Source: a bacterium (lineage in GTDB: Bacteria > SM23-81 > DAOVCL01). From it: a stretch of 64,000 nt of DNA. Below are positions 8,953-22,955 of the stretch, in pieces. The DNA lies in NCBI GenBank assembly GCA_029932675.1, contig JAOZPP010000008.1, positions 130 through 64,129 on the forward strand. The letters run 5' to 3'. Position 1 is the first letter of the stretch; every line of letters starts with the position of its first letter. The notes under the pieces are model-generated. The model was not told the DNA's origin and ran no database searches. It saw nothing but the letters and a program-made list of their open reading frames with translations. A program made the translations under genes and the position numbers.

Positions 8953-10135
8953 CCTGAAGATCGTTGTCCCTGTCCTTCTCTTGGCAGGGATAGGGCTGGC
9001 CCTAATCTATAGTAGCACCATTCATCCCTCACCGCCCGGGGAAGCATCCAAGTTTGCCCTTAGGCAGTTGGTCTGGTTGGGGATTGGTCTCATCCTCTTG
9101 GCCATAACCTATACCTTGCCCCTCAGGTTTCACTTAGCCTTCAGCTACATCTACTACTTGGTGGTCCTACTCCTTCTGATGTTTCTCCTGGCCAAAGGGG
9201 GGGGACGGTGGATAGATATGGGTCCTCTACACCTCCAGCCCTCCGAACTGGCCAAGCTGGCCCTCATCTTTGGACTCTCCCGCTATCTTTCTTTGGAGAG
9301 GGTAAATCTCTCCCGGATTAGGGGCTTTGCCCCTCCTCTCCTTTTGGGGTTAGTCCCTGCCCTCCTCGTCCTCAAACAGCCGGACTTAGGGACATCGATC
9401 CTCCTGCTCATCCTTCCCCTTCCCCTTCTTTGGTGGGCTGGGATGGACCCCCCGCAGCTTTTTTTTCTCTCCTCTGTGGGTTTGAGCCTTGTCTCCGCCT
9501 CCCATTGGCTTGCCTGGGGAGCCTTCCTCACCCTTTTGATTATCCTTCTCCTCCACTCCTCTCAGTCCATCCTCACCAAGGCCTCTATCCTCTTGGCCAA
9601 CCTCTCAGTGGGGGTCCTTACCCCTTTGATCTGGTCACACCTGCAGGAATACCAGAGGCAGAGGGTGATAGCTTTCCTCAATCCAACCCGGGACCCGTTT
9701 AGGGCCGGTTATCAGATAATCCAATCCAAGATAGCGATAGGTTCTGGTGGGGTCTGGGGGAAGGGGTTTATGCAGGGGACCCAAGCCAAGCTCTTCTTTC
9801 TCCCTGCTCAACATACGGACTTCATCTTCTCTGTAGCCGGTGAGGAATTGGGCCTTTGGGGTTGCCTCTTGATCCTTGGCCTCTACCTGCTCCTTCTGCT
9901 GGAGGCGATAAAGATTGCTTATCGGGCAAAGAACTCCTTTTCCAGGCTGGTAGCAGTGGGGATAGTGAGCGTATTTCTCCTCCAAATAGGGGTGAATGTG
10001 GGGATGACCCTGGGAGTTATGCCCATCACTGGCCTCCCCCTTCCCTTTTTAAGCTATGGTGGTTCAGCCATGTTGGTGGATATGATTATGGTCGGATTGC
10101 TTTTGCGGATCAACTCTGAGTTGAGGGAGTATTGA
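8939..10135 (+). CDS. rodA: SEDS peptidoglycan polymerase RodA
   Basis: QPSELAK, QPDLGT, HTDFIF, LPLPFLSYGGS. Confidence 0.93.
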   Translation: MRGFDLKIVVPVLLLAGIGLALIYSSTIHPSPPGEASKFALRQLVWLGIGLILLAITYTLPLRFHLAFSYIYYLVVLLLLMFLLAKGGGRWIDMGPLHLQPSELAKLALIFGLSRYLSLERVNLSRIRGFAPPLLLGLVPALLVLKQPDLGTSILLLILPLPLLWWAGMDPPQLFFLSSVGLSLVSASHWLAWGAFLTLLIILLLHSSQSILTKASILLANLSVGVLTPLIWSHLQEYQRQRVIAFLNPTRDPFRAGYQIIQSKIAIGSGGVWGKGFMQGTQAKLFFLPAQHTDFIFSVAGEELGLWGCLLILGLYLLLLLEAIKIAYRAKNSFSRLVAVGIVSVFLLQIGVNVGMTLGVMPITGLPLPFLSYGGSAMLVDMIMVGLLLRINSELREY

Positions 10136-10989
10136 TGCATCCCATCCTCTTTCAATTGGGGCCATTTGAGATAAGATCTTGGGGGGTGATGTTTGCCATC
10201 TCCTGTGTGGTGGGGGCCTGGTTCGCCCAGCGGCGGGCCAGAAATCAGGGGGTAAATCCCAACCTTATAATGAACCTAACTTTGGTCATCGTCGGGTCAG
10301 CTTTAATCGGCTCCCGGTTTTTCTATGTGGCCTTCCATTGGAATGAGTTTGCCCCCCATCCCTTAGACATAATTAGCCCTTATCAGAGCACAGGGGAGTG
10401 GGGGATTGGGGGGCTCTCTATGATAGGGGGAGTTGTTTTAGCGTTTTTGACTTCTCTTCTTTACCTTCACCTAAAGGGGGAAGATCCATGGAAGTTTGCT
10501 GATGTTGTTGCCCCGTCTTTCCCTTTAGGGATTTTCTTCACCCGCATAGGCTGTTTTCTCAATGGATGCTGTTTTGGTAAACCCTCCTCCCTCCCCTTTG
10601 CGGTGACCTTTCCCCTCCAGAGTCCAGCAGGCTTAGTCTATCCCCACCGTCCTCTTCACCCTACTCAGCTATATTCCTCCCTCTATGGCCTTGGTATCTT
10701 AGGCTTGCTTCTTTACTTAGAGAGATACAAGAGGTTCTCCGGTTTTACTACCTGGTTGATGGTTGGTCTTTACTGCTTCGCCCGTTTTCTGGTCGATTTC
10801 CTCCGCTACTATGAGGAAAGTATGGCCCTGATGAGGATAGGGGGGATAGCCTTCTCGGTAAATCAGGGTGTATGTTTAGCCACCATGCTGGTAGCTGGGG
10901 TAGGTTGGAACCTTATGCGTATAAGGCAAAAGGGGGGGCGGAGGGAGAACCCCCACCCTGCCGCCGGGGATCCTGATGACCTCCATTAA
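10135..10989 (+). CDS. lgt: Prolipoprotein diacylglyceryl transferase
   Basis: MHPILF, RIGCFLNGCCFG, HPTQLY. Confidence 0.9.
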   Translation: MHPILFQLGPFEIRSWGVMFAISCVVGAWFAQRRARNQGVNPNLIMNLTLVIVGSALIGSRFFYVAFHWNEFAPHPLDIISPYQSTGEWGIGGLSMIGGVVLAFLTSLLYLHLKGEDPWKFADVVAPSFPLGIFFTRIGCFLNGCCFGKPSSLPFAVTFPLQSPAGLVYPHRPLHPTQLYSSLYGLGILGLLLYLERYKRFSGFTTWLMVGLYCFARFLVDFLRYYEESMALMRIGGIAFSVNQGVCLATMLVAGVGWNLMRIRQKGGRRENPHPAAGDPDDLH

Positions 10990-11725
10990 GCTGCGTCCTA
11001 AAGCATCTGTCCGCCAGGCCTTAAATTCATTTCTAAATTTTCTCTTTCCTTCCTACTGTCTCCTCTGTGATGCGCCCCTGGGGGTGGGGGAGAGGATTGT
11101 CTGCGGGAGGTGTTGGGCAAGGCTGGAGATAATCACAGATCGCTTCTGCCCCAAATGTAGCGCTCTTCTAAGAAAAGGAAGGGGTATCTGTGCCTCCTGT
11201 TCAAAAACAGGTTATTACTTCAGCTTTAACCGTTCATTGGGGCCGTTTGACCAGAGGTATCAAACCCTCATCCATCACCTGAAATACGAACGGATGACCA
11301 GCCTGGCCGTGAGGTTGGGGGAGAAACTCGTCTTTCTCCTCAGAACCGAACCGAGGTTTGCCCCTGCAGAGGGGATAGTCCCCGTTCCTCTCCATCCCAC
11401 AAAGCTCCGGGAGCGGGGATACAACCAGAGCCTTCTCCTCGCCCAGGAGGTCTCTCGGGGCTCAGGCCTCCCCCTGATTGATGATGCCCTCCAGAAGGTG
11501 AGGAGGACAAAGAGCCAGACCATGTTGACCTTCCAGGAGAGGGTGGAAAATCTGCGAGGGGCTTTTCGGGTGAAATTAAGGGAGAAGGTGGAGGGGAAAA
11601 AGCTCATTCTAATAGATGATGTCTTTACCACCGGCTCTACCCTAAACAATTGCGCACAGGCCTTGCTGGAGGCAGGGGCATGTGAGGTTTATGGCCTTAC
11701 CCTGGCCATAGCCAAGGGGAGCTGA
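10976..11725 (+). CDS. comF: ComF family protein (double zinc ribbon plus PRTase)
   Basis: CxxC repeats, RGYNQ, LIDDVFTTGST. Confidence 0.88.
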   Translation: MTSIKLRPKASVRQALNSFLNFLFPSYCLLCDAPLGVGERIVCGRCWARLEIITDRFCPKCSALLRKGRGICASCSKTGYYFSFNRSLGPFDQRYQTLIHHLKYERMTSLAVRLGEKLVFLLRTEPRFAPAEGIVPVPLHPTKLRERGYNQSLLLAQEVSRGSGLPLIDDALQKVRRTKSQTMLTFQERVENLRGAFRVKLREKVEGKKLILIDDVFTTGSTLNNCAQALLEAGACEVYGLTLAIAKGS

Positions 11726-11902
11726 TCTGGGTCAATCTGAAAAGTCTATCCAAAGGGTGGGCTAAGTTCGAATAGGTCAACTAAAGCTCTTTAGCTGATC
11801 CAAACTTGATTTCGGAGTGAAGTTTTGATTGAGGAAAGCAAAGAGGGAATGGTTTTCATTTCAGGCCAAAGCTACAAAGCGGGGTTGGTGAAGAGGGGCA
11901 CT

Positions 11903-14331
11903 TTACCCCTCGGCCACTACCCTGGCCACATCGGTGACCCTATCACCTGGGGCCAGATCGATGAGCTTCACCCCTTGGGAGGCCCGACCACATCTTCTAA
12001 TCCCTCCCACCTTGAGCCTGATGATCACCCCATTTACCGTGGCCAACATTATCTCGTCCTTCTCTACCACCTCCATTATGGAGACCACCGGCCCGTTCTT
12101 AGAAGTTATCTTGGCTGCCACTATACCCTTTCCTCCGCGGTTAGTTACTCGATAGTCGGAGATGTCCGTTCGCTTACCGAAGCCATTCTCGGTGACTACT
12201 AAGAGGTCAGCCTTCCTCCTGACCACCACCATCCCCACAACCCAGTCATCCTTTCCCAATTGCATTCCCCTTACCCCGCGGGCCCCTCTTCCCATACTCC
12301 TCACCTTGGCCTCTGGAAACCTTATCGCCTTGCCTAACCTGCTTCCTAAGATCACCTCCGCTTTCCCATCAGTAAGTTCTGCACCGATTAGTTTGTCATC
12401 CTCATCGATAGTAGCCGCCTTTACCCCTCCCTTGCGGGGGCGGGAGAGGTCATCGAGTTTGACCTTTTTAATCATCCCTTTCATAGTAGCCAGGAGGACA
12501 AACCCCTGGGGATGGAAATCGCCCACTGCCACCGAGGCAGCGACTTTCTCCTCTTTGCCCAACTGGAGGAGGTTGACAATCGGTCTTCCCTTGGCCAACC
12601 TCCCCCCAGAGGGGAGCTGATAGACCTTCACCCCATAACACCTGCCCCGGGTGGTGAAGAAGAGAAGCCAGGAGTGGGTGGAGGCGATAAGAAGGTGCTC
12701 AACGAAATCCTCTTCCTTTGTTCCCATTCCAAGAAGGCCCTTACCTCCCCTATGCTGTCTCCTGTAGCTGGAGATGGGCAGCCTCTTTATATATCCGCTG
12801 TGGGAGATGGTGATGGCCATATCCTCCTCAGCGATGAGGTCCTCCATCTTGAACTCCTCCTCTTCCTCCACTATCTCTGTGCGCCGCGGGTCACCGTACT
12901 TCTTCCCCAAGGCCAAGAGCTCCTCTCTGATTATACCCATTCTCTGGGGTCTGCTCTCCAATATCCCCTTTAGCCTGGCGATAAACTTTATCTTCTCTAA
13001 GTATTCCTCCTCTATCTTCTCCCTCTCCAGTCCGGTAAGCCTGGCCAGCCTCATATCGAGGATGGCTTGTGCTTGGATCTCTGAGAGGCGAAACCTCTCC
13101 ATCAGGGAAGCCTTCGCGGCCTCCGGATTTCTGGCTTTCTTGATGATCCCCACTACCTCATCGATGTTCTCCACAGCAACCTTTAATCCCTCCAAGATGT
13201 GTGCCCTCTCCTCGGCCTTACGCAGCTCGAACTGAGTCCTCCTGGTTACTACCTCGTGGCGGTGGTCCAAGAAGAGGGAGAGGAGCTCCTTTAGATTCAT
13301 TACCTTTGGCTGACCAGCGGAGAGGGAGAGGAGAATTATACCAAAGGTGACTTGGAGTTGAGTATGTTTAAATAATTGATTTAGAACCACCTCTGGTTGA
13401 GCATCCCTCTTCAGCTCAACCACTATTCTCATCCCCTCCCTATCTGACTCATCCCTTAACTCAGCCATCCCCTCAACCACCTTATCCCTGGCCAGGCGGG
13501 CTATATCTTCTAAGAGGTGGGTCTTGTTCACCTGATAGGGGATTTCGGTGATGACCAGGTTTACCTTGCCGTTCTTTAGCCTCTCTATGTTTGCCCTTCC
13601 CCTAAGGGTTATCTTCCCCTTGCCTGTACGGTAGGCCTGGCTGATCCCCCCAGAGCCGGTGATGATCCCCCCGGTGGGGAAGTCGGGTCCCTGTATGTAA
13701 CCCTTCAACCCATCGATATCCATCTGAGGATCGTCGATGAGGGCAACCAGGGCTTCCACCACCTCCGAGAGGTTATGGGGGGGGATATTAGTCGCCATCC
13801 CCACAGCGATCCCTGATGAGCCGTTGCAGATCAGGTTGGGAAATCTACCTGGCAGGACAACAGGTTCGCTGCGCGTTCCGTCGTAGTTAGGAACAAAATC
13901 TACCGTATCCTTATCCAGATCGACCAGCATCTCCATGGCAAAGGGGGAAAGCCTAGCCTCAGTATATCTCATCGCCGCCGGGGCATCACCATCTATGGAC
14001 CCGAAGTTACCCTGTCCCTCCACCAAGGGATACCTCATATTGAACTCCTGGGCCATCCTCACCAGGGTGGGGTAGATGACCTGTTCTCCGTGAGGGTGGT
14101 AATTTCCCGAGGTGTCTCCGGCTATCTTAGCACACTTGCGAAAGGGGCTGTTTGGGGAGAGCTTGAGGTCGTTCATCGCCACTAAAATGCGTCGATGGGA
14201 AGGCTTGAGCCCATCCCTTAGATCGGGTAGAGCACGGGAGACGATGACGCTCATCGAATAGTCTATATAGGAGGCCTTCATCTCCTCCTCTATATTTACC
14301 GGAACTATCCTTTCTCTAAGCTCGTGTGCCA

Positions 14332-14332
<1 letters not shown>
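11903..14332 (-). CDS. gyrA: DNA gyrase subunit A
   Basis: RALPD.RDGLKP, YHPHG, AAMRYTE, GyrA-box QHRGGKG. Confidence 0.97.
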
Positions 14333-16530
<2,198 letters not shown>

Positions 16531-16534
<4 letters not shown>

Positions 16535-17640
16535 TCGACAAGTTTCAGGGGCATAACCAAGCAGAGATAGTCCTCTCCTTCCTTGGGGATCTCCTCCCTC
16601 ACCAGCCCTGGATTGAGAGGCCCCTTTAACTCAATTACCACCCTCTCTCCCTCTATCTGTTTCAAGGCGTCCAATATCAGGTAGGCGTTGTATCCGATCT
16701 CCATCTTCTCCCCTTTATATTCCACCTCCACTATCTCCTTTGCTTCTCCTCCCAAATCTGGGTTGGCCGCGTCCAACTCCAACTCCTTTGGTTTAAGGGA
16801 AAAACGGATTTGGTGGGTTGTTTGGTTGGAGAGGATGGAGACCCTCTTGATAGCCGAGGTGAGGAGTTCCCTGTTGGCCACCAAAAGCTTATCGTTCTCC
16901 TTGGGGATGACCATTTCGTAATCAGGGTAGGGTCCTTCCAGCAGTCGGGAGTAGAGGAGGGTTGGGCCTAAGTTGAAGATGAGGCTGTTTGGCTGAAGGA
17001 GCACCTCAACCTCTTCACGGGGGGCAAATCGGAGGAGGTGCTGAAGGACCTTGGGAGGAACGATTACCTCCTCTTCCACCCCCTCAGGGGAGATCCCTTC
17101 CATGCCTATCTTGGCCAGCCGATGGCCATCTGTGGCCACCATATTCATCCTTTTCTCCCTTATCTGCCAGAGGACCCCATTTAAGACAGGTCTGGCCTGA
17201 TCTGTAGAGACGGCGAATACGGTCTTCTCCACCATCCGACAGAGTTTCTCTCCGGAGATGCTAAATTTTTTCTCCGCCTCCGGTTTAGGAAACTTCGGGA
17301 AGTCTTCCTTCTCCGCGCCTCCCAGTTCATAGACCCCTTCTCCGCATCTTATCGTTATCCGCTTTCCCTCTGATTCTACTTCCACCTCCGCAGGGGGAAG
17401 CTCTCTGATGATCTCTGCAAACTTCCGACCCGGGACGGCTATTCCCTCATCCCCTTCCGGAGTGATGTCTACCAACTGGGATATGGAGATATCCAGATCT
17501 GTGGCATAAAGCCTTAGCTTTTCCCCCTCCGGTTCCATCAGGAAGTTGCTGAGGATGGGGAGCGTGGTCCTGAGAGGCACAACAGATAAGACATCCCCTA
17601 TGGCAGAGGCTAAAACTTCCTTCTGAGCTACTATCCTCAT
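16531..17640 (-). CDS. dnaN: DNA polymerase III beta clamp
   Basis: ATDLD, VATDGHRL, GPYPDY, C-terminal LVMP. Confidence 0.95.
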
Positions 17641-17879
17641 CTCCCCTCCTTAAATCAGGTGAGGACCTTTATCCATGAGCACCAGCTATTGGGAAGTCGC
17701 TTTTTTAATCGGCTTCCTTTTGTTGTGCTGGATCGCTCTCTCTTATTCAATCCCAATACTGGCCTTTTCTGCCCGGATGAAAAAGTTTACAGAACTCCTC
17801 TTGCCTTTTAGCTCATCCTGGTTAAAAGGCCTCTTGTTATCCAATTATAACCCAAAACCCTGCTAAAGGCAAGGGAAAT

Positions 17880-19031
17880 CTACCCCAGCTTGGCCGCCAT
17901 ATCTGTCGATTCCCAGGTGAAGTCAGGGTCCTCTCGGCCGAAGTGGCCGTAGACTGAGGTCTTCTGGTAGATGGGTCTGAGGAGGTCGAGCATCTCTATT
18001 ATGCCCTGGGGGGTAAGCTGAAAGTGAGAGGTTACCAACTTCACCAATTCCTCATCAGGTATCTTCCCCGTTCCCTGGGTATCTACCAATACCGATACCG
18101 GTTCGGGCAGGCCAATTGCATAGGCCAACTGGACCAGGCAGGTATCGGCCAGACCAGCAGCGACTATGTTCTTGGCTATATACCTGGCCATATAGGTAGC
18201 CGATCGATCGACCTTGGTGGGGTCCTTCCCGGAGAATGCCCCCCCTCCATGGGGAACCGCTCCCCCGTAGGTGTCCACGATGACCTTTCTGCCAGTCATC
18301 CCCGTATCGGACTGGGGCCCGCCCACAACAAACTTTCCTGTGGGATTAACATAGAACTTTGTCCCCTCATCGACTAACTCCTCCGGGATGATTGGCTTGG
18401 CTACTTCCTTGATCACTTTCTCTTTGGCCTCTTCGGTCATCTGGCTTCCCGTAGGGTCTAAAACGGCTTCTGTGTGCTGACAGGAGATAACCACTGCCTC
18501 TATCCTCCTCGGTTTTCCCCCATTATATTCAACGGTTACCTGGGATTTCCCGTCTGGGCCGAGGAAGTCGAGGGTCCCCCTCTTCCTCACTTCGGCCAAC
18601 CTCTTTACCAATTTATGGGCTAAGACGATGGGCAGGGGCATATATTCAGGTGTTTCCCGGCAGGCATATCCAACCATTAAGCCCTGGTCTCCTGCCCCAC
18701 CGCGATCGACCCCCTGGGCAATGTCTGGGGATTGATGGCCTATGGCGTTGAGGATGGCGCAACAGTTGTAGGTAAACCCCAAAGAGGGGTCGGTGTAGCC
18801 GACGTCTTTAATCACCCCTCTCACTAAGGTGGGAAGGTCTACCCAACCGGTGGTAGTGATCTCTCCCCCCACCACTACTAAGCCAACGGTGACAAAGGTC
18901 TCGCAGGCAACCCTTCCCTTGATATCCTGACGCAGAACATCATCTAAGACGGCATCAGATATCTGATCACAAAGTTTATCTGGGTGTCCTTCAGTTACCG
19001 ATTCTGAGGTCAAAAATCTTATCCTGGGCAT
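17880..19031 (-). CDS. metK: S-adenosylmethionine synthetase
   Basis: [26 protein letters not shown]. Confidence 0.97.
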   Translation of the reverse strand: MPRIRFLTSESVTEGHPDKLCDQISDAVLDDVLRQDIKGRVACETFVTVGLVVVGGEITTTGWVDLPTLVRGVIKDVGYTDPSLGFTYNCCAILNAIGHQSPDIAQGVDRGGAGDQGLMVGYACRETPEYMPLPIVLAHKLVKRLAEVRKRGTLDFLGPDGKSQVTVEYNGGKPRRIEAVVISCQHTEAVLDPTGSQMTEEAKEKVIKEVAKPIIPEELVDEGTKFYVNPTGKFVVGGPQSDTGMTGRKVIVDTYGGAVPHGGGAFSGKDPTKVDRSATYMARYIAKNIVAAGLADTCLVQLAYAIGLPEPVSVLVDTQGTGKIPDEELVKLVTSHFQLTPQGIIEMLDLLRPIYQKTSVYGHFGREDPDFTWESTDMAAKLG

Positions 19032-19043
19032 TTCCCCCCCTAT

Positions 19044-20027
19044 CTAAAGAGATTTGAGGTTAATAGCTGATGAGTCACCCACGTTCAACTTGGTGAAGTT
19101 CCCCCTTACTATGGCGTTGTCCCCCACTAGGGATGAACGAAGAAGGCAGTTAGTTACCTCTGCCCGTTTTCCAATTATAGAGTTGGCGATGATTGACCCC
19201 CTTATCTCCGCACCATCACCCACTGAGAGGTAAGGGCCGAGGATGGAGTTTTCCACCATGGCTGTAGGGGAGAGGTAGGTTGGGGGATGGATGAGGCATC
19301 CCTCCCTCTCTTCTGGCCTGGGTAATCCTTCCAGGAGGTGACGGTTGGTGACCAGAAGGCTTTCTGGCCGGCCACAGTCCCACCAGTTCTCCACCGGAAA
19401 GACAGTTAGCTTTGCCCCCCTCTCCACCATAAGCTGGAAGGCATCGGTTAGCTGGTACTCTCCCTTAGTGGTTATTCCCTTCTCCATAAGCTCATCCAAA
19501 CAGGAGAAGAGGAGATCGGGGTTATAGATGAAATTTACTCCCACTATGGCCAGTCCAGGGGAAGAAATCCCTGGTTTCTCCACCAACCTTTTCACTATTC
19601 CCCCTTCGGTTTCCACTACTCCAAAGGAGCTGGCATCCTCTACCCTCTTCACCCCAATGGAGCCATCTCCTCCCGGTTTCATGCCCTCCCCCAGCTTGCC
19701 CTCAAATATGGTATCCCCATAGACAATGAGAAGGGGCCTCCCCTTAACCTTATTGCGTGTCAGCCAAATGGAATGGCCTAAACCCCTTAGCCTTCTCTGG
19801 TGGACGAAACTGATCGGAACCCTATATCTGCCCTTTACCCATTCCCTTATCTTCTCCCCCATTGTGCCCACCACGAGGATTACCTCTTCCAAGTCCAACC
19901 CCATAATCCCATCCATTATGTGGCCTAAGATTGGCTTTCCAGCTACCTGCAAGAGGGCCTTAGGGAGGCTGTGGGTATGGGGGCGAAGCCTCCTCCCCTC
20001 CCCAGCAGCGGGAATTATACAGATCAT
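19044..20027 (-). CDS. Sugar-phosphate nucleotidyltransferase (glucose-1-P thymidylyltransferase-like)
   Basis: PAAGEGRRLRPHT, PKAL, LVEKP, C-terminal hexapeptide repeats. Confidence 0.85.
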   Translation of the reverse strand: MICIIPAAGEGRRLRPHTHSLPKALLQVAGKPILGHIMDGIMGLDLEEVILVVGTMGEKIREWVKGRYRVPISFVHQRRLRGLGHSIWLTRNKVKGRPLLIVYGDTIFEGKLGEGMKPGGDGSIGVKRVEDASSFGVVETEGGIVKRLVEKPGISSPGLAIVGVNFIYNPDLLFSCLDELMEKGITTKGEYQLTDAFQLMVERGAKLTVFPVENWWDCGRPESLLVTNRHLLEGLPRPEEREGCLIHPPTYLSPTAMVENSILGPYLSVGDGAEIRGSIIANSIIGKRAEVTNCLLRSSLVGDNAIVRGNFTKLNVGDSSAINLKSL

Positions 20028-21085
20028 AACTTAGCTAACCTCCCCTTGAACCAATCTATCCTCTTTACCGGGGTAGGGTCAATCCCCTCCAAGAGGGCGA
20101 GATATAGGCTTACCCAATCTCCCAAGTGAATAAGGGATAAGACCCTTTGTAGAAGGTTCCTTCCCACGCCCTTTAGCTTCAAAACCTCAACTCCATCGTT
20201 TTCCATCATCTCTGCAGTGAGCTCCATCCGGGAGAGGATCCTGGGATGATAATCCACATCTTGGAGGAATAGGGAGATGGCCTTTTCCTTCACCCCTCCC
20301 CCCACTTCCCAGCCAACCACCTCATTGTGGTTTAACTCGGGGAAGAGGTTGGTGAAGGAGAGGGTTTTTGCATTCTCCGCTAACTGTCCCTTCCATCTTG
20401 TGGCCACCGCCTCAAAAGGGCCAGGGGCAGAGTAGATAAGGGGAAGCCTCCCGTAGAGCTTTGTGGCCACTTTTTTGGCTAAGTTCTCTTCAGTGGGGCT
20501 TTCCGGACGGTATTTTTCCCTCAATCCGCGCAGGTGATCGGCTACCCCATTGGTTTCTTGATCTCCCAGGCCGAAGAGCCTGCTGAGGACTAAAAGGGTG
20601 GGGAAGAGGGAGTAGGCCAGGGCGGCCCGGGGGGGGTAGCCGGGGGGGATCCTTATCCAGGGACAGCCATCTTTGATGGCTAGCTCACCTAACTTTCCTC
20701 CAGTGGTGATCGCGATGACCTTAGCCCCTCTCCGGAGGGCCTCCTGGTAACCGCTCAAGGTCTCCTCCGTATTACCAGAATAGCTGGAGCTAATTACCAG
20801 CCACCCTCGGTTTACCCATTGGGGAAGGGTATAGTCCCTCACCACTCCAATGGGAAGCTCAAAGGACCCAGAGAGGTAGCCGCGCACCAGGTCTCCCCCA
20901 ATCGCTGAGCCACCCATTCCTAATACGGTAACTCCCTTCAACCCTTTCCAGGAGGGGAGTTGCGCTTTATTGCCAATTCCCATGGCTTCTTCTACTTGCT
21001 CAGGGAATCCCAAGATGTGATTTACCATCTTGGATTTGTCCACCTTCTTGATAAGGGATGGTTGATCCAAAATATCGCCTCTCAA
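20024..21085 (-). CDS. Bifunctional phosphoglucose/phosphomannose isomerase
   Basis: GMGGSAIGG, SYSGNTEET, ENAK, PELNHNE. Confidence 0.9.
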   Translation of the reverse strand: MRGDILDQPSLIKKVDKSKMVNHILGFPEQVEEAMGIGNKAQLPSWKGLKGVTVLGMGGSAIGGDLVRGYLSGSFELPIGVVRDYTLPQWVNRGWLVISSSYSGNTEETLSGYQEALRRGAKVIAITTGGKLGELAIKDGCPWIRIPPGYPPRAALAYSLFPTLLVLSRLFGLGDQETNGVADHLRGLREKYRPESPTEENLAKKVATKLYGRLPLIYSAPGPFEAVATRWKGQLAENAKTLSFTNLFPELNHNEVVGWEVGGGVKEKAISLFLQDVDYHPRILSRMELTAEMMENDGVEVLKLKGVGRNLLQRVLSLIHLGDWVSLYLALLEGIDPTPVKRIDWFKGRLAKL

Positions 21086-21138
21086 ATCTTCTCCTTTCTT
21101 GACAGTCCCACATCCTGGAGGAGATGGCCTCCTCCTGA

Positions 21139-21178
21139 GTCATTGCGAGCCCCGATGAAATCAGGGCGAAGCAATGAC
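21139..21178. repeat. REP-like intergenic palindrome
   Basis: gtcattgc...gcaatgac inverted repeat enclosing an inner gccc/gggc hairpin. Confidence 0.5.
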
Positions 21179-21206
21179 AGGAACTTTTTATGGGTTGTTC
21201 TATTGC

Positions 21207-22955
21207 TCACCTGGGGTGAACAAGATTTAACTGGGGGAAGTTGTTTTTTAACAAACTGTTCAAGTACTCCCTTACCCCCTGGGGGGTGGGAATTTCGAGG
21301 GCTTCTTTCGCCACCTTTTGGGCAAGGGAGTAAGCAGTTCCTCTAATCACTAGTTTTACCCGGGGGATGGCCACGGGGGAAACGCTAAGTTCATCCAAAC
21401 CCAATCCTAAGAGGGCTATTACAGCCGCCGGATCTGCCCCCACCTCTCCACAGAGCCCCACCCAGATCCCTCGGCGGTGACCTGCCTCCACTGTGCGCTT
21501 GATCAGTTTGAGGACTGCCGGATGGAGGGGCTCATAGAGATAGGAGACATTGGGGTTTACCCTGTCCACCGCCAAGCAATATTGGGTGAGGTCATTTGTG
21601 CCTATGCTGAAGAAATCCACCTCCTGGGCCATTAGGTCGGCTAAGATGGCCGCAGAGGGAACCTCCACCATCATTCCTATTTGAACCTTCTCATCAAACT
21701 CTATCCCTTGGTTTCTCAACTCCTCTTTGGCCTCCTCGACCACCTTCTTGGCCTCCCTGATCTCCTCAACATCGGAGACCATAGGAAACATGATTCCTAC
21801 CTTACCATAGGCGGAGGCGCGGAGGATGGCCCGTAGTTGCACCTTGAAGAATTTCCTGTTATGCAGGCAGAGCCTTATTCCCCTCCATCCCAAGAAGGGA
21901 TTTACCTCTTGGGGAAGGCGAAAACGGGAGACAAATTTGTCCCCTCCTAAGTCTACTGTCCTAATGATCACCAGACATTCACCACAGGAGCGGACCACTT
22001 GAGAGTAAACCCCAAATTGCTCATCTTCTGTGGGGAGGGTCTCCCTCATGAAGAGGTATTCGGTACGAAAGAGCCCCACCCCAAAGCCTCCTTTCCTGGC
22101 GATCTCCTCAGTCTCCTCCGCTGCCTCGATATTGGCGGAAAGCTCCACCCTCCTTCCATCCGGGGTTACTGCGGGAAGTTCTCTCAACCCAGCGAGGGTC
22201 TCCTCCAGATGGATGAGCCTTGCCCTTATCCCTTCATACTCTTTCAGAGTAGCCTTGGAAGGGGAAAGGATGACAATCCCCTTCTGGCCATCGACGATGA
22301 GCGTATCCCCTGGCTCTACCCCTTCAGAAAGGCGGCCGGTTCCCACCACTGCGGGTATCTCCAAGGAACGGGCCATAATCGCTGTATGGGATGTCCTCCC
22401 CCCTAAGTCGGTGACAAAGCCAATTACCCTCTCCTTCCGCATCTGGGCTGTATCCGAAGGGGAGAGATCGTGGGCGACGACTATCACCTCCTCCTTGAGC
22501 TTGGCCAGGACATCCCTCTCCGTTCCCAATAGGTGGGCCATCACCCTAGCCCCCACATCCCTGATGTCGGCCACCCTTCCACGAAAGTGCTCATCATCTA
22601 AGTTTTGAAAATGGGAGATGATCTCCTCCATCCTCCTTCCGAATACGTGGGCCACAGAAATCCTTTTCTTCCTCACCTCCTCCTCTATCTCCTGAAGGAA
22701 GACAGGATCCTCCAACATCAGGAGGTGGGCACCAAATATCCCGGCAACTTCCCCATAAGAGCTCTCCTTCAATTTCGTGAGCTCCTCTTTGGCCCGTGAG
22801 ACGGCCAAGTGGAAGTCCTCTATCTCCCTCTCCACCCCTTCAGGGGGAATCCTCTTTGGGGGGGCCTTAAGCTCATCTACCCCGAAGAGGAAAGCCTTTC
22901 CTATGGCCACTCCCGGAGAAACCCCCACCCCCTTTATCCTCTGTTCACTCCTCAT
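21207..22955 (-). CDS. ptsI: PTS enzyme I
   Basis: GGRTSHTAIMARS phospho-His, GLFRTE, NPFLGWRG, SIGTNDL. Confidence 0.95.
   Translation of the reverse strand: MRSEQRIKGVGVSPGVAIGKAFLFGVDELKAPPKRIPPEGVEREIEDFHLAVSRAKEELTKLKESSYGEVAGIFGAHLLMLEDPVFLQEIEEEVRKKRISVAHVFGRRMEEIISHFQNLDDEHFRGRVADIRDVGARVMAHLLGTERDVLAKLKEEVIVVAHDLSPSDTAQMRKERVIGFVTDLGGRTSHTAIMARSLEIPAVVGTGRLSEGVEPGDTLIVDGQKGIVILSPSKATLKEYEGIRARLIHLEETLAGLRELPAVTPDGRRVELSANIEAAEETEEIARKGGFGVGLFRTEYLFMRETLPTEDEQFGVYSQVVRSCGECLVIIRTVDLGGDKFVSRFRLPQEVNPFLGWRGIRLCLHNRKFFKVQLRAILRASAYGKVGIMFPMVSDVEEIREAKKVVEEAKEELRNQGIEFDEKVQIGMMVEVPSAAILADLMAQEVDFFSIGTNDLTQYCLAVDRVNPNVSYLYEPLHPAVLKLIKRTVEAGHRRGIWVGLCGEVGADPAAVIALLGLGLDELSVSPVAIPRVKLVIRGTAYSLAQKVAKEALEIPTPQGVREYLNSLLKNNFPQLNLVHPR

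Noticed and set aside
17641-17880. oriC upstream of dnaN
   Set aside because: Only weak ttatcca matches, no cluster of TTATCCACA boxes and no dnaA
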